Below, piece after piece: positions 49,056 to 60,314 of a stretch of DNA of 64,000 nt (positions within the stretch are counted from its first letter, which is position 1; each line of letters opens with the position of its first letter). A program made the translations under genes and the position numbers. This stretch comes from Alphaproteobacteria bacterium (lineage in GTDB: Bacteria > Pseudomonadota > Alphaproteobacteria > UBA828). Under the pieces are notes generated by a model. The model did not search any database and had not been told where the DNA came from. It saw nothing but the letters and a program-made list of their open reading frames with translations. The stretch covers positions 3,648,001 through 3,712,000 of the forward strand of contig CBDEFM010000002.1 of assembly GCA_965237415.1 (NCBI GenBank), read 5' to 3'.

Positions 49056-49922
49056 GTGACGACGCTGACCCCGATCCTCAAGCGCTACAGCTCGGCGCTG
49101 CAGGTCACGCCGCTGTGCGCGGTCCTGCTGCTGTTCCTGGTCGGTCCGGTCATCGTCATCCTGATGTTCAGCTTCTACAGGTTCAACGGGTTCTTCATGG
49201 AGCCCGACTTCGTTACCGAGAATTATCAAGGTATTTTCACATCTTTCAACACGTTGGAAGCGTATCTTGCCACGTTCAAGATAGCCGCAATCACCTGGAT
49301 TTCCACCTTGGTATTCGGCTTCGTTCTCAGCTATTATTTTGTCTTCGATATCATCGCCTTCCGTTGGAAAATCTTTCTCTTCCTGCTGAGCGTCGTGCCG
49401 TTCTGGACCTCCGGCGTCGTCCGCATGATCTCGTGGATTCCCTTCCTCGGCAAGGAGGGGCTGCTCAACCGGGCGCTGCAGGGCATCGGAGTCATCGACG
49501 AGCCGCTGGAGTTCCTGCTGTTCTCCGAGTTCGCGGTGATCGTCTCCTACGTCCACATGTACACGCTGTTCATGGTGGCGCCGCTCTTCAACGTGATGGC
49601 GAAGATCGACCGCTCCCTGATCGAGGCGGCGCGCGATTCCGGCGCCTCCAGCGTACAGATCCTGATCAACATCATCATTCCGCTGTGCAAGCCGGGCATC
49701 GCGATCGGCTCGATCTTCGTGGTCGCGCTGGTGATGGGCGATTTCGTCTCGATCCGGGTGTTGAGCGGCGGCCAGGCCGGCACGGTGCTCATGTCCATGC
49801 GCAACCAGGTGGACGTGCTGCAATATCCCTTCGCCTGCGCGAGCGCGGTGGTCCTGCTGATCGTGCTGCTCATGATCGTCGGCGGGATCATGAGCGTGGT
49901 CGATGTGAGGAAGCAGCTATGA
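49056..49922 (+). CDS. ABC permease (PotB-like)
   Basis: VPFWTS, EAARDSGA EAA loop. Confidence 0.9.
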   Translation: MTTLTPILKRYSSALQVTPLCAVLLLFLVGPVIVILMFSFYRFNGFFMEPDFVTENYQGIFTSFNTLEAYLATFKIAAITWISTLVFGFVLSYYFVFDIIAFRWKIFLFLLSVVPFWTSGVVRMISWIPFLGKEGLLNRALQGIGVIDEPLEFLLFSEFAVIVSYVHMYTLFMVAPLFNVMAKIDRSLIEAARDSGASSVQILINIIIPLCKPGIAIGSIFVVALVMGDFVSIRVLSGGQAGTVLMSMRNQVDVLQYPFACASAVVLLIVLLMIVGGIMSVVDVRKQL

Positions 49923-50794
49923 GGCAGGCGCAGAAGGTCCGCCGCGCCCGCGGCTTCATCCCGCGCACGATCTTCTTCTGGCTGTTCATGCTCTTTCTCT
50001 ACGGCCCGATCATGGTGATCACCATTCTCTCCTTCCAGGGGCCGCAGGGCGGCCTGACCTTCCCGATGACCGGGTTCTCCCTGCATTGGTTCAGGGACGT
50101 GATCGACCCGACCTATATCGGCGACTTCCGCTGGCCCTTCGGCCGTTCGGTGATCCTGGCGCTGATCGTGATGGTGCTGACCGTTCTGGTGTCGTTCCTC
50201 GCCGGCCTCGCCTATCGCAAGGGCTTCAGGGGCGGCATGGTGCTCTTCTACCTGGTCATCACCTGCCTGGTGGCGCCGTCCTTCCTGGTCAGCCTCGGGA
50301 TCGGCCTCGGCTTCGCCAATCTGGAGATGCAGACGCAGTGGTGGTCCGGCGGGCTCGGCGCCCATCTGAGCTGGACCACGCCCATCGGCGTGCTGATCAT
50401 GCTGGCGGTGTTCGCCCGCTTCGACCGCTCGCTGGAGGAGGCGGCGCGCGACCTCGGCGCGACCGAATGGCAGAACCTGCGCAACGTCGTCATCCCGATC
50501 ATGGCACCGGGGATGATCGCCGTCGGGCTGTTCGGCTTCACCCTCTCCTATGACGAATATCCCCGCACCTCTCTGGTGACCGGCTCCGCCAACACGCTCC
50601 CGGTCGAGATGGTGGCCGTCACCGGCACCGCGGCGACGCCCGCGCTCTATGCGGTCGGCACGATGACCACGGTGTTCTCGCTCGCCGTCATCATCGTGAG
50701 CTTCGTCGCGATCTACGTGGTCCAGGCGCGCCGGGCCGGGCGCGCCCGTTCGGCGGAGGCGCGCTACGGGAAGAAACCCGGCGTGTCAGGCTGA
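49919..50794 (+). CDS. ABC permease (PotC-like)
   Basis: LFLYGP, EEAARDLGA, FTLSYDE; ATGA overlap with the previous gene. Confidence 0.9.
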   Translation: MRQAQKVRRARGFIPRTIFFWLFMLFLYGPIMVITILSFQGPQGGLTFPMTGFSLHWFRDVIDPTYIGDFRWPFGRSVILALIVMVLTVLVSFLAGLAYRKGFRGGMVLFYLVITCLVAPSFLVSLGIGLGFANLEMQTQWWSGGLGAHLSWTTPIGVLIMLAVFARFDRSLEEAARDLGATEWQNLRNVVIPIMAPGMIAVGLFGFTLSYDEYPRTSLVTGSANTLPVEMVAVTGTAATPALYAVGTMTTVFSLAVIIVSFVAIYVVQARRAGRARSAEARYGKKPGVSG

Positions 50795-50867
50795 CCCCAG
50801 GTTCGCCGAGATTTCACGGTCGCCCCGCTCGGCGGTCCCGAGGCTCCGGAGCGCCCGGACCCGTGAG

Positions 50868-50895
50868 GCCGGCGCGGCCGGTGTGCCGCGCCGGC
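50868..50895. terminator. GC-rich hairpin between convergent genes
   Basis: GCCGGCGCGGC...GCCGCGCCGGC 11-bp stem; no U-tract. Confidence 0.4.
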
Positions 50896-50908
50896 GGGAT
50901 ATGGGTCG

Positions 50909-52201
50909 TCACGCGGTCTGGAACTCGTTCCAGCGCTTCACGACCAGGGTGTTCTCGTCCATGATCGAGTTCCACACGCCGACCCGGCCCATGCGGTTGG
51001 CGAACGAGCCGCCGTCGCGGACGTGGCCGGGCTGTTCCATGACGTTGCCGAACGGGTCCTTGACCTCGCCCTCCGCCGGCTTGCCTTCGTACCAGTAGCC
51101 CCACTCCCAGGGCTCCAGATACTTCTTCGTGTTCTCGGGCGTGCAGATGTAGTAGCCCTGCTTGGAGAAGTAGGCGCCGGCGGGGCCCGAGTGGTACCAG
51201 TTGAAGTAGTCGTAGAGCGCGCCGAGCTTCTTGCCTTCGACGTGGCGCGGGATCATCGAGCCGAGCGCCCAGGCGCGGTAGCCTTCCTTCAGGTCGAGAT
51301 AGACGCAGGGCACGCCGCGTGCGCGCACCGCCGCCACCGCCGGCGACCACATGGATTGCAGCACCACCTCACCGGAGGTCATCAGATTGACGGACTCGTT
51401 GAAGGTGCTCCAGAAGGCGCGGAAGTGCCCGTCCTTCTTGAGCTGGATGAGGCGGTCGAAGGTGTAGTTGATCTCCTCGACCGTCATGTTGCCCTTGTCG
51501 CTATAGGTGATCTCGCCGTTGGCTTCGAGCGCCATGGCCATGTCCATGATCCCGATCCCGGGGAAGTTCTGCAGCGCCGTCTTGCCGTTGAACTCGGGAT
51601 TGAGGAACTCGGCCCAGGTCTCGATGGGGCGGCCGATCTTTTCCGGCTGCGCGCCGAGGGTGTCGGCATTGAAGGTGCCGGGCACGATGGTCATCCATTG
51701 GGTGGACTCAGGCTTCACGAAATCGGTGCTTTCGATGTCCGAGGTCCAGCAGTAGCGCGAGGGGTTCATGCCCTGGCCGTACCAGGCGTCGGGCCCGATC
51801 TTGCCGGTCGCCTTGTAGATGCCGAGCAGCGAGTCGAAATGCTCGAGCTTGGTGGTGTCGATCGCCTGCATGGTGCCGAACGGGAACACCTGCGGCCACT
51901 GCTCGAGGTCCGGCTCGAAGAGGTCGGCCGAGCGCGGCTGGGTCATGGCGCGCTGGGCGATGGTGCTGAGATCGACCGCGGTCATGCTGAAGGTGAATCC
52001 CAGCGCCTCCTCGGCCATCGCCTCGTAGGTGCTGGAGATGGTCACGGCCGTGCCGACCATCCTGATCTCGATGTCCTTGATGTCCTGCGCCCAGACGGTC
52101 GGGAAGCCGACGACGCTCGCGCCCGCCGCCGCGCCGAACGCGGCCGCGCTGCCCTTCAGGACGCTCCGTCGGCTGATGCGTGTCTCTCTGGGATCCACCA
52201 T
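50909..52201 (-). CDS. ABC substrate-binding protein, paralog of 47581-48882
   Basis: SRRSVLKG Tat motif; shared FPTVWAQDIKDIEI and QSMWSPAV; AGGAG RBS. Confidence 0.88.
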   Translation of the reverse strand: MVDPRETRISRRSVLKGSAAAFGAAAGASVVGFPTVWAQDIKDIEIRMVGTAVTISSTYEAMAEEALGFTFSMTAVDLSTIAQRAMTQPRSADLFEPDLEQWPQVFPFGTMQAIDTTKLEHFDSLLGIYKATGKIGPDAWYGQGMNPSRYCWTSDIESTDFVKPESTQWMTIVPGTFNADTLGAQPEKIGRPIETWAEFLNPEFNGKTALQNFPGIGIMDMAMALEANGEITYSDKGNMTVEEINYTFDRLIQLKKDGHFRAFWSTFNESVNLMTSGEVVLQSMWSPAVAAVRARGVPCVYLDLKEGYRAWALGSMIPRHVEGKKLGALYDYFNWYHSGPAGAYFSKQGYYICTPENTKKYLEPWEWGYWYEGKPAEGEVKDPFGNVMEQPGHVRDGGSFANRMGRVGVWNSIMDENTLVVKRWNEFQTA

Positions 52202-52269
52202 GACTCTGCTCCTTGGCTGTGACCGTAGCGCCGCGCCCCGCGCGGCCTCGTCCGGGAAACTCGCCCCTG

Positions 52270-52444
52270 TTACCCAAGCTCGGCGAGCTTCCCACCGAAG
52301 TCCCGTGTCTCGTCCAACTATATCTTCGGTCCCGTCGCAACGATAGGCGCCACTTCCGCCGATCCGGTGGCCAAGTGACCAACCACGCCTCGCCGGCGCA
52401 CTTACGCCACCGCTTCCCGGCTTCACCAGGGGCGTCCACCCCAT
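52270..52444 (-). mobile_element. Orphan IS1111-type left end, preceded by GTAAGCG
   Basis: ATGGGGTGGACGCCCC identical to the left end of the 52929-54303 element; inner boundary uncertain. Confidence 0.6.
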
Positions 52445-52945
52445 CGCTTACGAACGTTCACGGTAAGTGTTCGTTCAGGCCGTGGAATCAGCGCGGGCGT
52501 TTCAATCCGCCCCGGCGGATTTTAACGATTGAGGGTGCGTTTCCAGTCCCGTCGCAGGGGCCGGAGCCAGACATCCTTTTTCGGCTTGTCGTACTGCCTG
52601 TCCCGGTCGTAGCGCCCGCGCCCTTGGGTGGCGCCGACATGGATCCAGCCCGATGCCCTGTAGACCGCGCCGGTATATCGCGGGGTCTCTACGAAAGTCT
52701 CGATGAGCACCGGCGTGGTGTTGTAGCGCTCGGTCCAGTCCTCGGGCAGGCGCCGGCGGATGCCCTCGACCAGCGTCAGGTCGGTGCCAAAATCCTCGTC
52801 CAGAACCGCCATGCGCACGACGATAGCGCATGGCAAATTGCGTTACCAGCAGAAAGACAGCCCCTTGTGGGGCTTCGCCTCAACGTGGGAGATGCGCTTG
52901 ACGGCACCCATTCCACGGCCTGAACGAACGTGTGTGGACGCCCCC

Positions 52946-53197
52946 GTTGATGCAAGCAGTTTTTGGTCGGCTCGGTGCATGCGGTCAGGTGCTGTCGTGT
53001 GTCCGGCCTCTCTATGCGGCAGATGACACGCCGCGGGCCCGTATGGAGATGCGCGGATTGGGTCCAAATCGCTTACGCGAGCTTGAAAGCTCTCCGTTCG
53101 GATGCTGGTTTTCCCGACCCGGTCTCGTTGACCTTTGCCCTTACCTGTCCTCCGTCCTGCCCACATCCCCGACGGCTTCCCGCACTTCGCCGTTCTC
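52946..53197 (-). ncRNA. Putative bridge/seek RNA of IS1111 copy 2
   Basis: GTAAGCG (53070-53076) and CGAACG (53095-53100) on the minus strand match the target GTAAGCG/TTCG. Confidence 0.72.
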
Positions 53198-54220
53198 TCA
53201 GGCGGCGGCGGGAGCCCGGTAGCTCTCCTTCGTCGTCAGTAGCGCCCAGACGATGCGCGCCATCCTGTTGGCCAGCACCACCGCGACGAGCATCCTCGGC
53301 TTGCGCGCCAGCATCCCGGCCAGCCAGGGGTCCGTCGTTACGCCGCGCCGAACCGCCCAGCGGACGACAGTCATCGCGCCCGTGATCAAGAGCCGTCTCA
53401 AATCGCGCTGGCCCATCTTCGATATCTTGCCCAGCTTCGGCTTGCCGCCCGTCGTGTGCTGGCGCGGCACGAGGCCGAGCCAAGCGGAGAAGTCGCGACC
53501 GCGCCGGAAACTCTCCATCGGCGGTGCGAAGGCCTGGATCGCCATCGCGCTGATCGGCCCGATCCCCGGCACGCTCATCAGGCGCCTTGCCTCCTCATCC
53601 TGCCGTGCACTCACGTGGATCTCCCTCTCCAGGCCCGCAATCTTCGCATCGAGGCCGGCGATTTGCTCAAGCAGAAGGCCGCCCAGCTCGCGGACCGCTT
53701 CCGGCAACCCCGAAGCCGGTCCCTCAAGCGCCGAGGCCAGCCGGCCGACATGAGCCGGCGCCTGCGGGGCAACGATACCGAACTCCGCCAAATGGCCGCG
53801 CAGCGCATTAATCGTCTGGGTGCGCTGGCGCACCAGAAGATCGCGCGTCCGGAACAGCATGCCCCGAGCCTGCTGTTCCTCCGTCTTCACAGCTACAAAG
53901 CGCATGGTCGGCCGCGACGACGCCTCGCAGATCGCCTCCGCGTCCGACGCGTCGTTCTTTTGCCGCTTCACATACGCTTTGACGTAGATCGGCGGGACCA
54001 GTCGCACCGCATGACCGAGACTGCCGATCTCCCGGCCCCAATGGTGCGCGCCACCGCACGCCTCCATCGCCACCGTGCAGCGTGGCTGCGCAGCCACAAA
54101 GTCCAACAACTTCGCCCGGCTCACCTTCTTGCGGAACGCTACCGACCCGTCCGCCCGCGCACCGTGCAGCTGAAAGCTGTTCTTCGCCAGATCGATCCCG
54201 ATCATGTTAACCTGTCCCAT
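53198..54220 (-). CDS. IS110 family transposase
   Basis: IGIDLAK, MEAC, KNDASDA, QHTTGGK. Confidence 0.95.
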   Translation of the reverse strand: MGQVNMIGIDLAKNSFQLHGARADGSVAFRKKVSRAKLLDFVAAQPRCTVAMEACGGAHHWGREIGSLGHAVRLVPPIYVKAYVKRQKNDASDAEAICEASSRPTMRFVAVKTEEQQARGMLFRTRDLLVRQRTQTINALRGHLAEFGIVAPQAPAHVGRLASALEGPASGLPEAVRELGGLLLEQIAGLDAKIAGLEREIHVSARQDEEARRLMSVPGIGPISAMAIQAFAPPMESFRRGRDFSAWLGLVPRQHTTGGKPKLGKISKMGQRDLRRLLITGAMTVVRWAVRRGVTTDPWLAGMLARKPRMLVAVVLANRMARIVWALLTTKESYRAPAAA

Positions 54221-54863
54221 GGACGCCCCCTTCCTCGCTTGGTGTTTAACAACACCGCCAACCTGGCACATCGCGATGCCGTCGGGAGGGGCGTCCACCC
54301 CATCGCTTACCCGTGACGCGATGGCGGAATCGCGGCTCGGTCGGGCGGCGGGACAAGTGCGGACGCGCGGGGCCGTATGTTGGATTCAATCCGGTTACGT
54401 TATGAAGACGGGATACGGGCGGGGGTAAACAGCAGAATTTTGAGAGGACTGATTAATTTTTGAATTACAATCGATTAGAATTGCAACATGCGTAGGAACC
54501 TTCAATATTGCGGCACAAGATTGGCAAACACTGAGAATCGAAGCGACGCGCGCGTCTGACGGCCCTTGGCAACGGCGTCGCCCGGAGGTGCCGGGGCGCG
54601 GAGACGAGAGCCAACGAGGGGCCTTCGTCGGCCGCCGTGCTCGTGAGCGGGGAGACGGCATAGCACGAGCAAGCGGGGTCGCGACTGTCGGCTGACTGAA
54701 CAGGTGTGAGCGGCGCGGCGAGGTCCTCCGGCCCAGCCCCCTGCGGCGAGGCCAGCGGTGCAAGTGGTCTTATCCGATCGATCTCGGACGGCCGGAGGAG
54801 CGCGCATTCGACGGAGTTTGAGAGGCGGCGGCAGTCATGAAGCCGGCGCCCTCAAGAGATAAA

Positions 54864-55154
54864 CTAGGACTTCGCACTCTCGACGATAAGCCGGCCGCGG
54901 CCGCGTCTGAGCAGATAGCCGCCGCGCGGGATCGCCAGCGTGCCCTGCTGCACGAGGGGCCAGAGAGTATCAACGATAATTGCGGCATTCTCGTCGGACT
55001 TGCCGCCGGACGCCGCTGATTGCGAGGAGAGCCAGGCGGCGAAGGCCTGCTCGCCGATGTCGTCGCCGACGGACTTGCGAAGGGCACTGAGCTTGCGACG
55101 TTGCCCCTTTGTCAGGTCGCTCTCGTCGATCCGGGTCGAGGAACTGTTCGCCAT
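54864..55154 (-). CDS. Small hypothetical protein
   Basis: 96-aa ORF with GAAAGG RBS and protein-like composition. Confidence 0.6.
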   Translation of the reverse strand: MANSSSTRIDESDLTKGQRRKLSALRKSVGDDIGEQAFAAWLSSQSAASGGKSDENAAIIVDTLWPLVQQGTLAIPRGGYLLRRGRGRLIVESAKS

Positions 55155-55254
55155 GAATCTGCCTTTCGTGGAGTGTGGAAGCGCTGCCTCCTGCAGGTTT
55201 TAGCAAAAAATTGTCAACGGCGGAGCAAAGATGTCCTACGCGAGGCGGCCGAAC

Positions 55255-56253
55255 TGTCCGATCTCGCGGCCCCATTGGTGGCTGCCATGGTCGATGAGCG
55301 AGGAGCGCAGGCGCGCCTTCACGGCGCCGGCATGACCGGCACAGTCGAGTGCCGCTATTACGGCCGCGACTTCACCACCGGGGAGATGGCGTTGCTGCGC
55401 GCGCTGATCGCCGGCCCTCCGCTGCTCAACCGCCATGCCCTGTCGAAGGAGTTCTGCCGGCGCATCGGCTGGTTCAAGCCCGACGGTGGGTTTAAGGACA
55501 TGATGGCCAGGGTCACACCATGCTGGCCATGCACCGGGACGGCCTGATCGCCCTGCCGGCGCCGCAGGGGTGGCAGAACCGGCCCGGGCCGATCGTCTTC
55601 GGGCCGGACACCGAAGCGCCGCTGTTCACGGCGCTGACCACCCTCGACGACGTCCGCCCGCTCGAACTGCGAACCGTTGTGCGCGGCACCCGGGAGGGCA
55701 AGCTCTGGAACGAGTTCATCGCCCGCTACCACTATCTCGGACACAAGACCCTGGTCGGCGCCCAGATGGGCTACGCCATCCACGACCAAAACGGCTGGCC
55801 GCTCGCCATGCTCGGCTTCTCAACCGCCGCGTGGAAGCACGCGCCGCGCGACAGCTTCATCGGGTGGACGCCGCAACTACGTGAGAAGAACCTTCCCCTC
55901 GTGGTCGACAACCCGAGGTTCCTCATCCTGCCCTGGATCGCCATCCCCAACCTGGGCTCGCACATTCTCTCCCTCGTCCGCCGCCAACTGCCCGACGACT
56001 GGACCGAGCGCTACAACACCGCGCCCGTGCTCATCGAGACCTTCGTCGAAACCCCGCGCTTCACCGGCGCTGTCTACAAGGCATCCGGCTGGCTCCGTGT
56101 CGGAACCACCCAGGGGCGCGGGCGCTACGACCGCGACAAGCTGTACGACAAGCCCAAGAAGGACGTCTGGCTTCGGCCCCTCAGAAAGGACTGGAGACGA
56201 ATCCTCAACCGGTGATACGAACCCCCGTCATCACCGCACCACGGAACGTTCAC
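55255..56253 (+). pseudogene. Diverged IS66-like/DUF4338 right-half remnant (DUF4338 55332-56215, frameshift at ~55517)
   Basis: WLPWSMSEE transposase tail, ATGA overlap, DUF4338 motifs; candidate end GAACGTTCAC 56244-56253. Confidence 0.85.
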
Positions 56254-56439
56254 GATCGCCTACCGGCCCGACCGAACCTTTGCGGACATTTGGGGACAGG
56301 CAGGGTCTGATGATGGAGTGAATCCGTTGACTATTTGATTGCGGATTGTAAGTCGTGGTGTTGAGAGGGTTTGCAGGATAGAGAAATAAATACGCTATTA
56401 CAATGGTTTATGACTTCCTTAGCCGCGAGAAAGTCAAGC

Positions 56440-57310
56440 CATGATGCACAAGTGTGACGCAGATCATGCAGGCGGACGTCCTCGATCCGGGCTTCCTTGC
56501 GCACCGAGTACCAGAGCGGCAGGCTGGGCGATTGCGGCCGCCCCGGATTGAAGGGCGAGGGGAAGACGTAGGCGCTCGCCGATCGCCGTTGACGCTCAAG
56601 GATGGCGCGGGCAGGTGCGCTCAGGAAGACCCGTCTCGGGCCGGTCTTGGCGTCGGCCAGATTGAGAGTGTCCCCGTCGATGTCCTGCCAGCGCATTGTC
56701 ACGATCTCGCTCCTCCGGCATCCCGTCAGCAGCAGCAGGCGGATGATGTCTGCCTGTCGCGTGCGTGAGGGCCGCGCGCCGGCACAGCGGTCCAGCTCGC
56801 GGTGGAGGCGACGGACCTCCTCGCGCGACAGAAAGCGCGTGAGCTTCGGCCGGGGGTTTGGCTTGATGCCCCGGGTCGGGTTCGTGTCGAGATGCCCGCA
56901 GACGACCGCGTGGTTCAGTATTCGGCGAAGCACGCTCAACACTTGGTTGGCCCCGCCTGGCGCAGTCCTGCTGTACTCGTCGAACCAGAGGGTCACACCT
57001 GCACGGGTGATCCGGTCCAGCGGCAGCGAGCCGAAGGCCGGAAGCAGGCGTGCCTTCAGGGTCCGGCTCGTGGACTTTCGCGTCGATGGTTTGCATCTGT
57101 CGAGACGCGCCCGCCCTGGACCCGCGACGAACTCTCCGAACGTCGGGACCGCGCTGCGCTGCGTCCGATCGGACCGTGCTCCGGTCTCGATGGCGAGGCA
57201 CTTGCGGCGCGCCTCCTCGACGCTCATCAACACCGCTGACCCCAGCGTGATCCGGCGCGCGCCGCCTTTGCCCTTTGGGCAGCACACGAAGCTCCGGTGC
57301 CGGTGCTGCG
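56440..57310 (-). pseudogene. Tyrosine integrase truncated at both ends
   Basis: LLLLTGCRRSEI, KTG, HDLRHT; the catalytic H/Y region is lost. Confidence 0.85.
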
Positions 57311-57439
57311 GCGCATCGCGGTTTCGGTGCTGGTTCTGGCGGAGGTCGAGCGGCTGCGGCTGATCAAGGAGGGCTCGGAGCCGGAGTGGCATGCGTTGCA
57401 CGACGAGGCCGATCGCTGGCTCGACCGAGAGGCGGGTCT

Positions 57440-59479
57440 CGGGTGCGGTTCGACCTGGGCGAAGGACAAGTTCTGTCGCTTGCCCGCGACGATCCGCAGC
57501 TCCGCCATATCGACCATGCCTGGAGCTCGACCGTGCACGCGGCGCAGGGGATGACGCGGGACGCGGCGATCGGGGTGCTGGATACCGGGCACGGGCAGCT
57601 GAACGGCCAGGCGCGGCTCTACGTCGAGGCGAGCCGGGCACGGGACCGCTTCGTATTGGTGACGGACGACCGCGAGCGTCTCGAGGAGGTGTTGGAGGAG
57701 AACGACGGCTTCCGCATGACGGCGCTGGAGGCCGTGGGGGACGACGATGCGCCCCCCGGCGCGCCGAGTGCATCAATCGGGATGCTGCGGCGGTATCGGG
57801 ACGACTGGCGCGCGCTTGCCGCGCGGGCCGAGGCGGAGAATGCCAAGCTCAGCCGCATGGACGGCTACGGCCGGATCGTCACGGGCGTGGAGGCGCTGGC
57901 GGAGGGGATGGACTTGCCGCCGGATCTCGCGGCATTCGTGACGGAGGTACGGCGTTGGGACGCGGAGATCGTGGCCCGGCGGCGGCAGGAACTCACCTTC
58001 GTTCAAAGGGCGGAGATGCACGGCCGCCAATGGCCCCTCGTCAAGTGGGCGGCCGAGGGGCGCGGCCGCCCGCTATCGGACCTGCCGGAGCACGCGGCCT
58101 GGCTGGCCGAGGGCCGGGCGCTTGCGGAGACCGGGTGCCGGTTGAAGGAGAGCGCTGGGGAAGGCTTCGCCGGGCGGATCGCGGCCGCGCTGCGGCGCAT
58201 CCTGCAGAGCGTGGGGCGCGACGAGGCGGAAGCGCGCGCTGCGGTCATCCATCCCCGTGACATGGCGGGGGCGGAGGAGCGCGCCGAACGGGCGCAGGCC
58301 GTGAGGGATCCCGGGCTGCCCGGGAGTGTCCGCCCGAAGGTCGAGGCGTGGACGACGCAAGGAGAAACGCACGCGCCCGCCCCGGACGTGTCGCATCCAC
58401 ATCGCCCACAGCATCCGGATCTCGAGGAGGCGGGTCGCCGCATCGAGTCGTTCCTGCGGGATTGCCGGGACCATCTGGACGAGGAAACCGCGATCGCCTT
58501 ATCCGGAGACGGCCTTGCATCGGCCGGGACGCTGGAACCGGATGCCCTGATGGATCGGACGGAGGCGCTACGCCGGGAAGGGCTCCGGCTGCTCGGCGAG
58601 GGCGAGGGAGCGAAGCTCGCCGATCCGGCTCGCATCCGGCTCACGCGCGTCACGGAAAAGCGCATACGGGTGCGCGAAGCCGTGGACGCGCTGGGGGAGG
58701 AAGCGCAACGGCTGCGCGCGGACGCGTTCATGGAAGCGCGCCGGCGTGTCGAGCGGCAGCAGAGCGAGGCCGGCGCCGATCCGGTCGACCTTCCGGCATG
58801 GGAGCCTCTGCGGGCCCGTGCCGACGAACTCCGGGGAGAGCCAGGCCTCGCACCGGAGGTGAAGGAAGGCGTCGATGCGGTGCTCGCCCGCGATGCCCGC
58901 ATCGAGGTCGAGATTGCTCCCATCGAGACCTTCCTCGACGAGGGTGCCCGGCATCTGGAACGGCGGGCGAGGCTGGAAGAAGAGGCTCGCGAGCTTGGCG
59001 GCGAAGTATCCGGGCTCGACGCCATGCCGGCCTGGCGGGATCGTTCGCAGAAACTTCGCGACACTGCCCGGGTCCTGTTGGGGGAGGCGGAGGGTGACGC
59101 CGGGGAGATGCGGGCCGGGGCCCGGCTCGCCGACATGCCCCGCCTGCAGGGCCGGGTTCGGGGGGTCCTCGACCGGCTGGAGACCGTGGGGCTCGGGGAC
59201 GACGTGGCGGACTTCCATTCGGTCGCGAACGCGGTGGAGGCACGGGCCGGCCAGGAACGGACCCTGCCGCTTCAAGTCGAGGGCTACGACCGCGCGATGG
59301 CGATGGCGGAGGGGCTGGCGAAGCGGGAGATCCTGCCGGATGAGGTACGCCACCAGGTGGGCCGCTGGCTCGAGCGCGACCGCGGCTGGAAAGCGGAACT
59401 GGCCTCGGTCGGAGAGCTCACCGGTGTTGACCGGCGTCGAATGTTGACCCCTCACAGTCACGCGATATCAACGCATTAG
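57440..59479 (+). pseudogene. Conjugative relaxase/helicase (TraA/TraI-like) C-terminal fragment
   Basis: HIDHAWSSTVHAAQGMT and YVEASRAR helicase motifs followed by a helical tail; cut at 59425. Confidence 0.75.
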
Positions 59480-59516
59480 CGCGCCGATCAGCGTCGAATC
59501 GGCGCGCCGATCAACA
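59425..59516. mobile_element. 92-bp IS21-like mini-element
   Basis: TGTTGA(C/T)CGGCG IRs, TGACCCC, TATCAAcgcaTTA. Confidence 0.78.
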
Positions 59517-60116
59517 CTCTCCGCCAAGAAAAGTTCCCGCGCGTCGGACGAGGGGTGTCGGATGTGGGCCGGCGGGGTCGGCCGTGCTCAGACACGGGCT
59601 GGCAGGCATATCGGCTCAAGGCGCACGGGAGGCGCACCTGGTTGTCGATCGCGCGCGAGCTCGGACTGTCTGACGCGCGCAGGGGCGACGTCGCGATGCG
59701 GATGGCGAAGCGCTACGCGCAGCGCGAAGCGTTGCCGTGGCCACTTTGAAGACGCAACCAAGAGAGACAAGGTCGATGAACAGATTGATCGTGGTTGCCC
59801 TTGGCAAGCTTCCGGTGATCGGCGCGCGTGGAGACGGCGGCGATGGCTGAACAGCTCTCTCGTAGAAACTGGATCACTCAACAGGGGGCAGGCCAGACAC
59901 TTTCTCGCGACCCCCACCACAATCTCCCAGAGAGAAGATACGACAGGGGAGACGAAATGCAGATCGTCAGATTGAAGCACGTTAGGCGAATTCGCGCCGG
60001 CGGCCGGAATTACTGGTATCACCAACCGACCGAGGAGCGCCTGCCCTACTGGCCGCGGATGCTATCGGAGACCGTGCAGCCACGTATCGGCGACGCCGAC
60101 TGACACAGGCGAGACA

Positions 60117-60314
60117 ATGCCCTGCGCTAAGTCAGCCGTCACTCAGTCCGAGCTCACGCGCTGCGCGAAAGCTGCGCAGGCCGCTGGCCGCAATGGAATG
60201 GTGATCGTGAAGCCCGATGGCACCAAGGCTTTCGTGTTTACTGACAGTGCCTCTGACACAGACGCTGAGATCGATGACATCGACGCCATGATCGAGAGGA
60301 TATCCGACCCATGA
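60117..60314 (+). CDS. Small integrase-associated protein (possible excisionase)
   Basis: VTQSELTRCAKAA...PDG pattern; ATGA overlap with the integrase. Confidence 0.5.
   Translation: MPCAKSAVTQSELTRCAKAAQAAGRNGMVIVKPDGTKAFVFTDSASDTDAEIDDIDAMIERISDP

Larger units (their letters stand above)
52929..54303 (-). mobile_element. IS110 family, IS1111-type element (copy 2)
   Basis: Sub-terminal IRs; CG core at 52929-52930 and 54304-54305; long 3' non-coding region. Confidence 0.92.
52463..54310 (-). mobile_element. Internally deleted IS66-like/DUF4338 element with IS1111 inserted in its left IR
   Basis: 26-bp IRs GTAAG(C/T)GTTCGTTCAGGCCGTGGAAT; ORF fuses the transposase start MAVLDEDFG to the DUF4338 C-terminus. 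Confidence 0.88.

Noticed and set aside
49115-49918. N-terminal part of the 559-aa ORF
   Set aside because: Alternate frame of the first permease; the second permease starts at 49919
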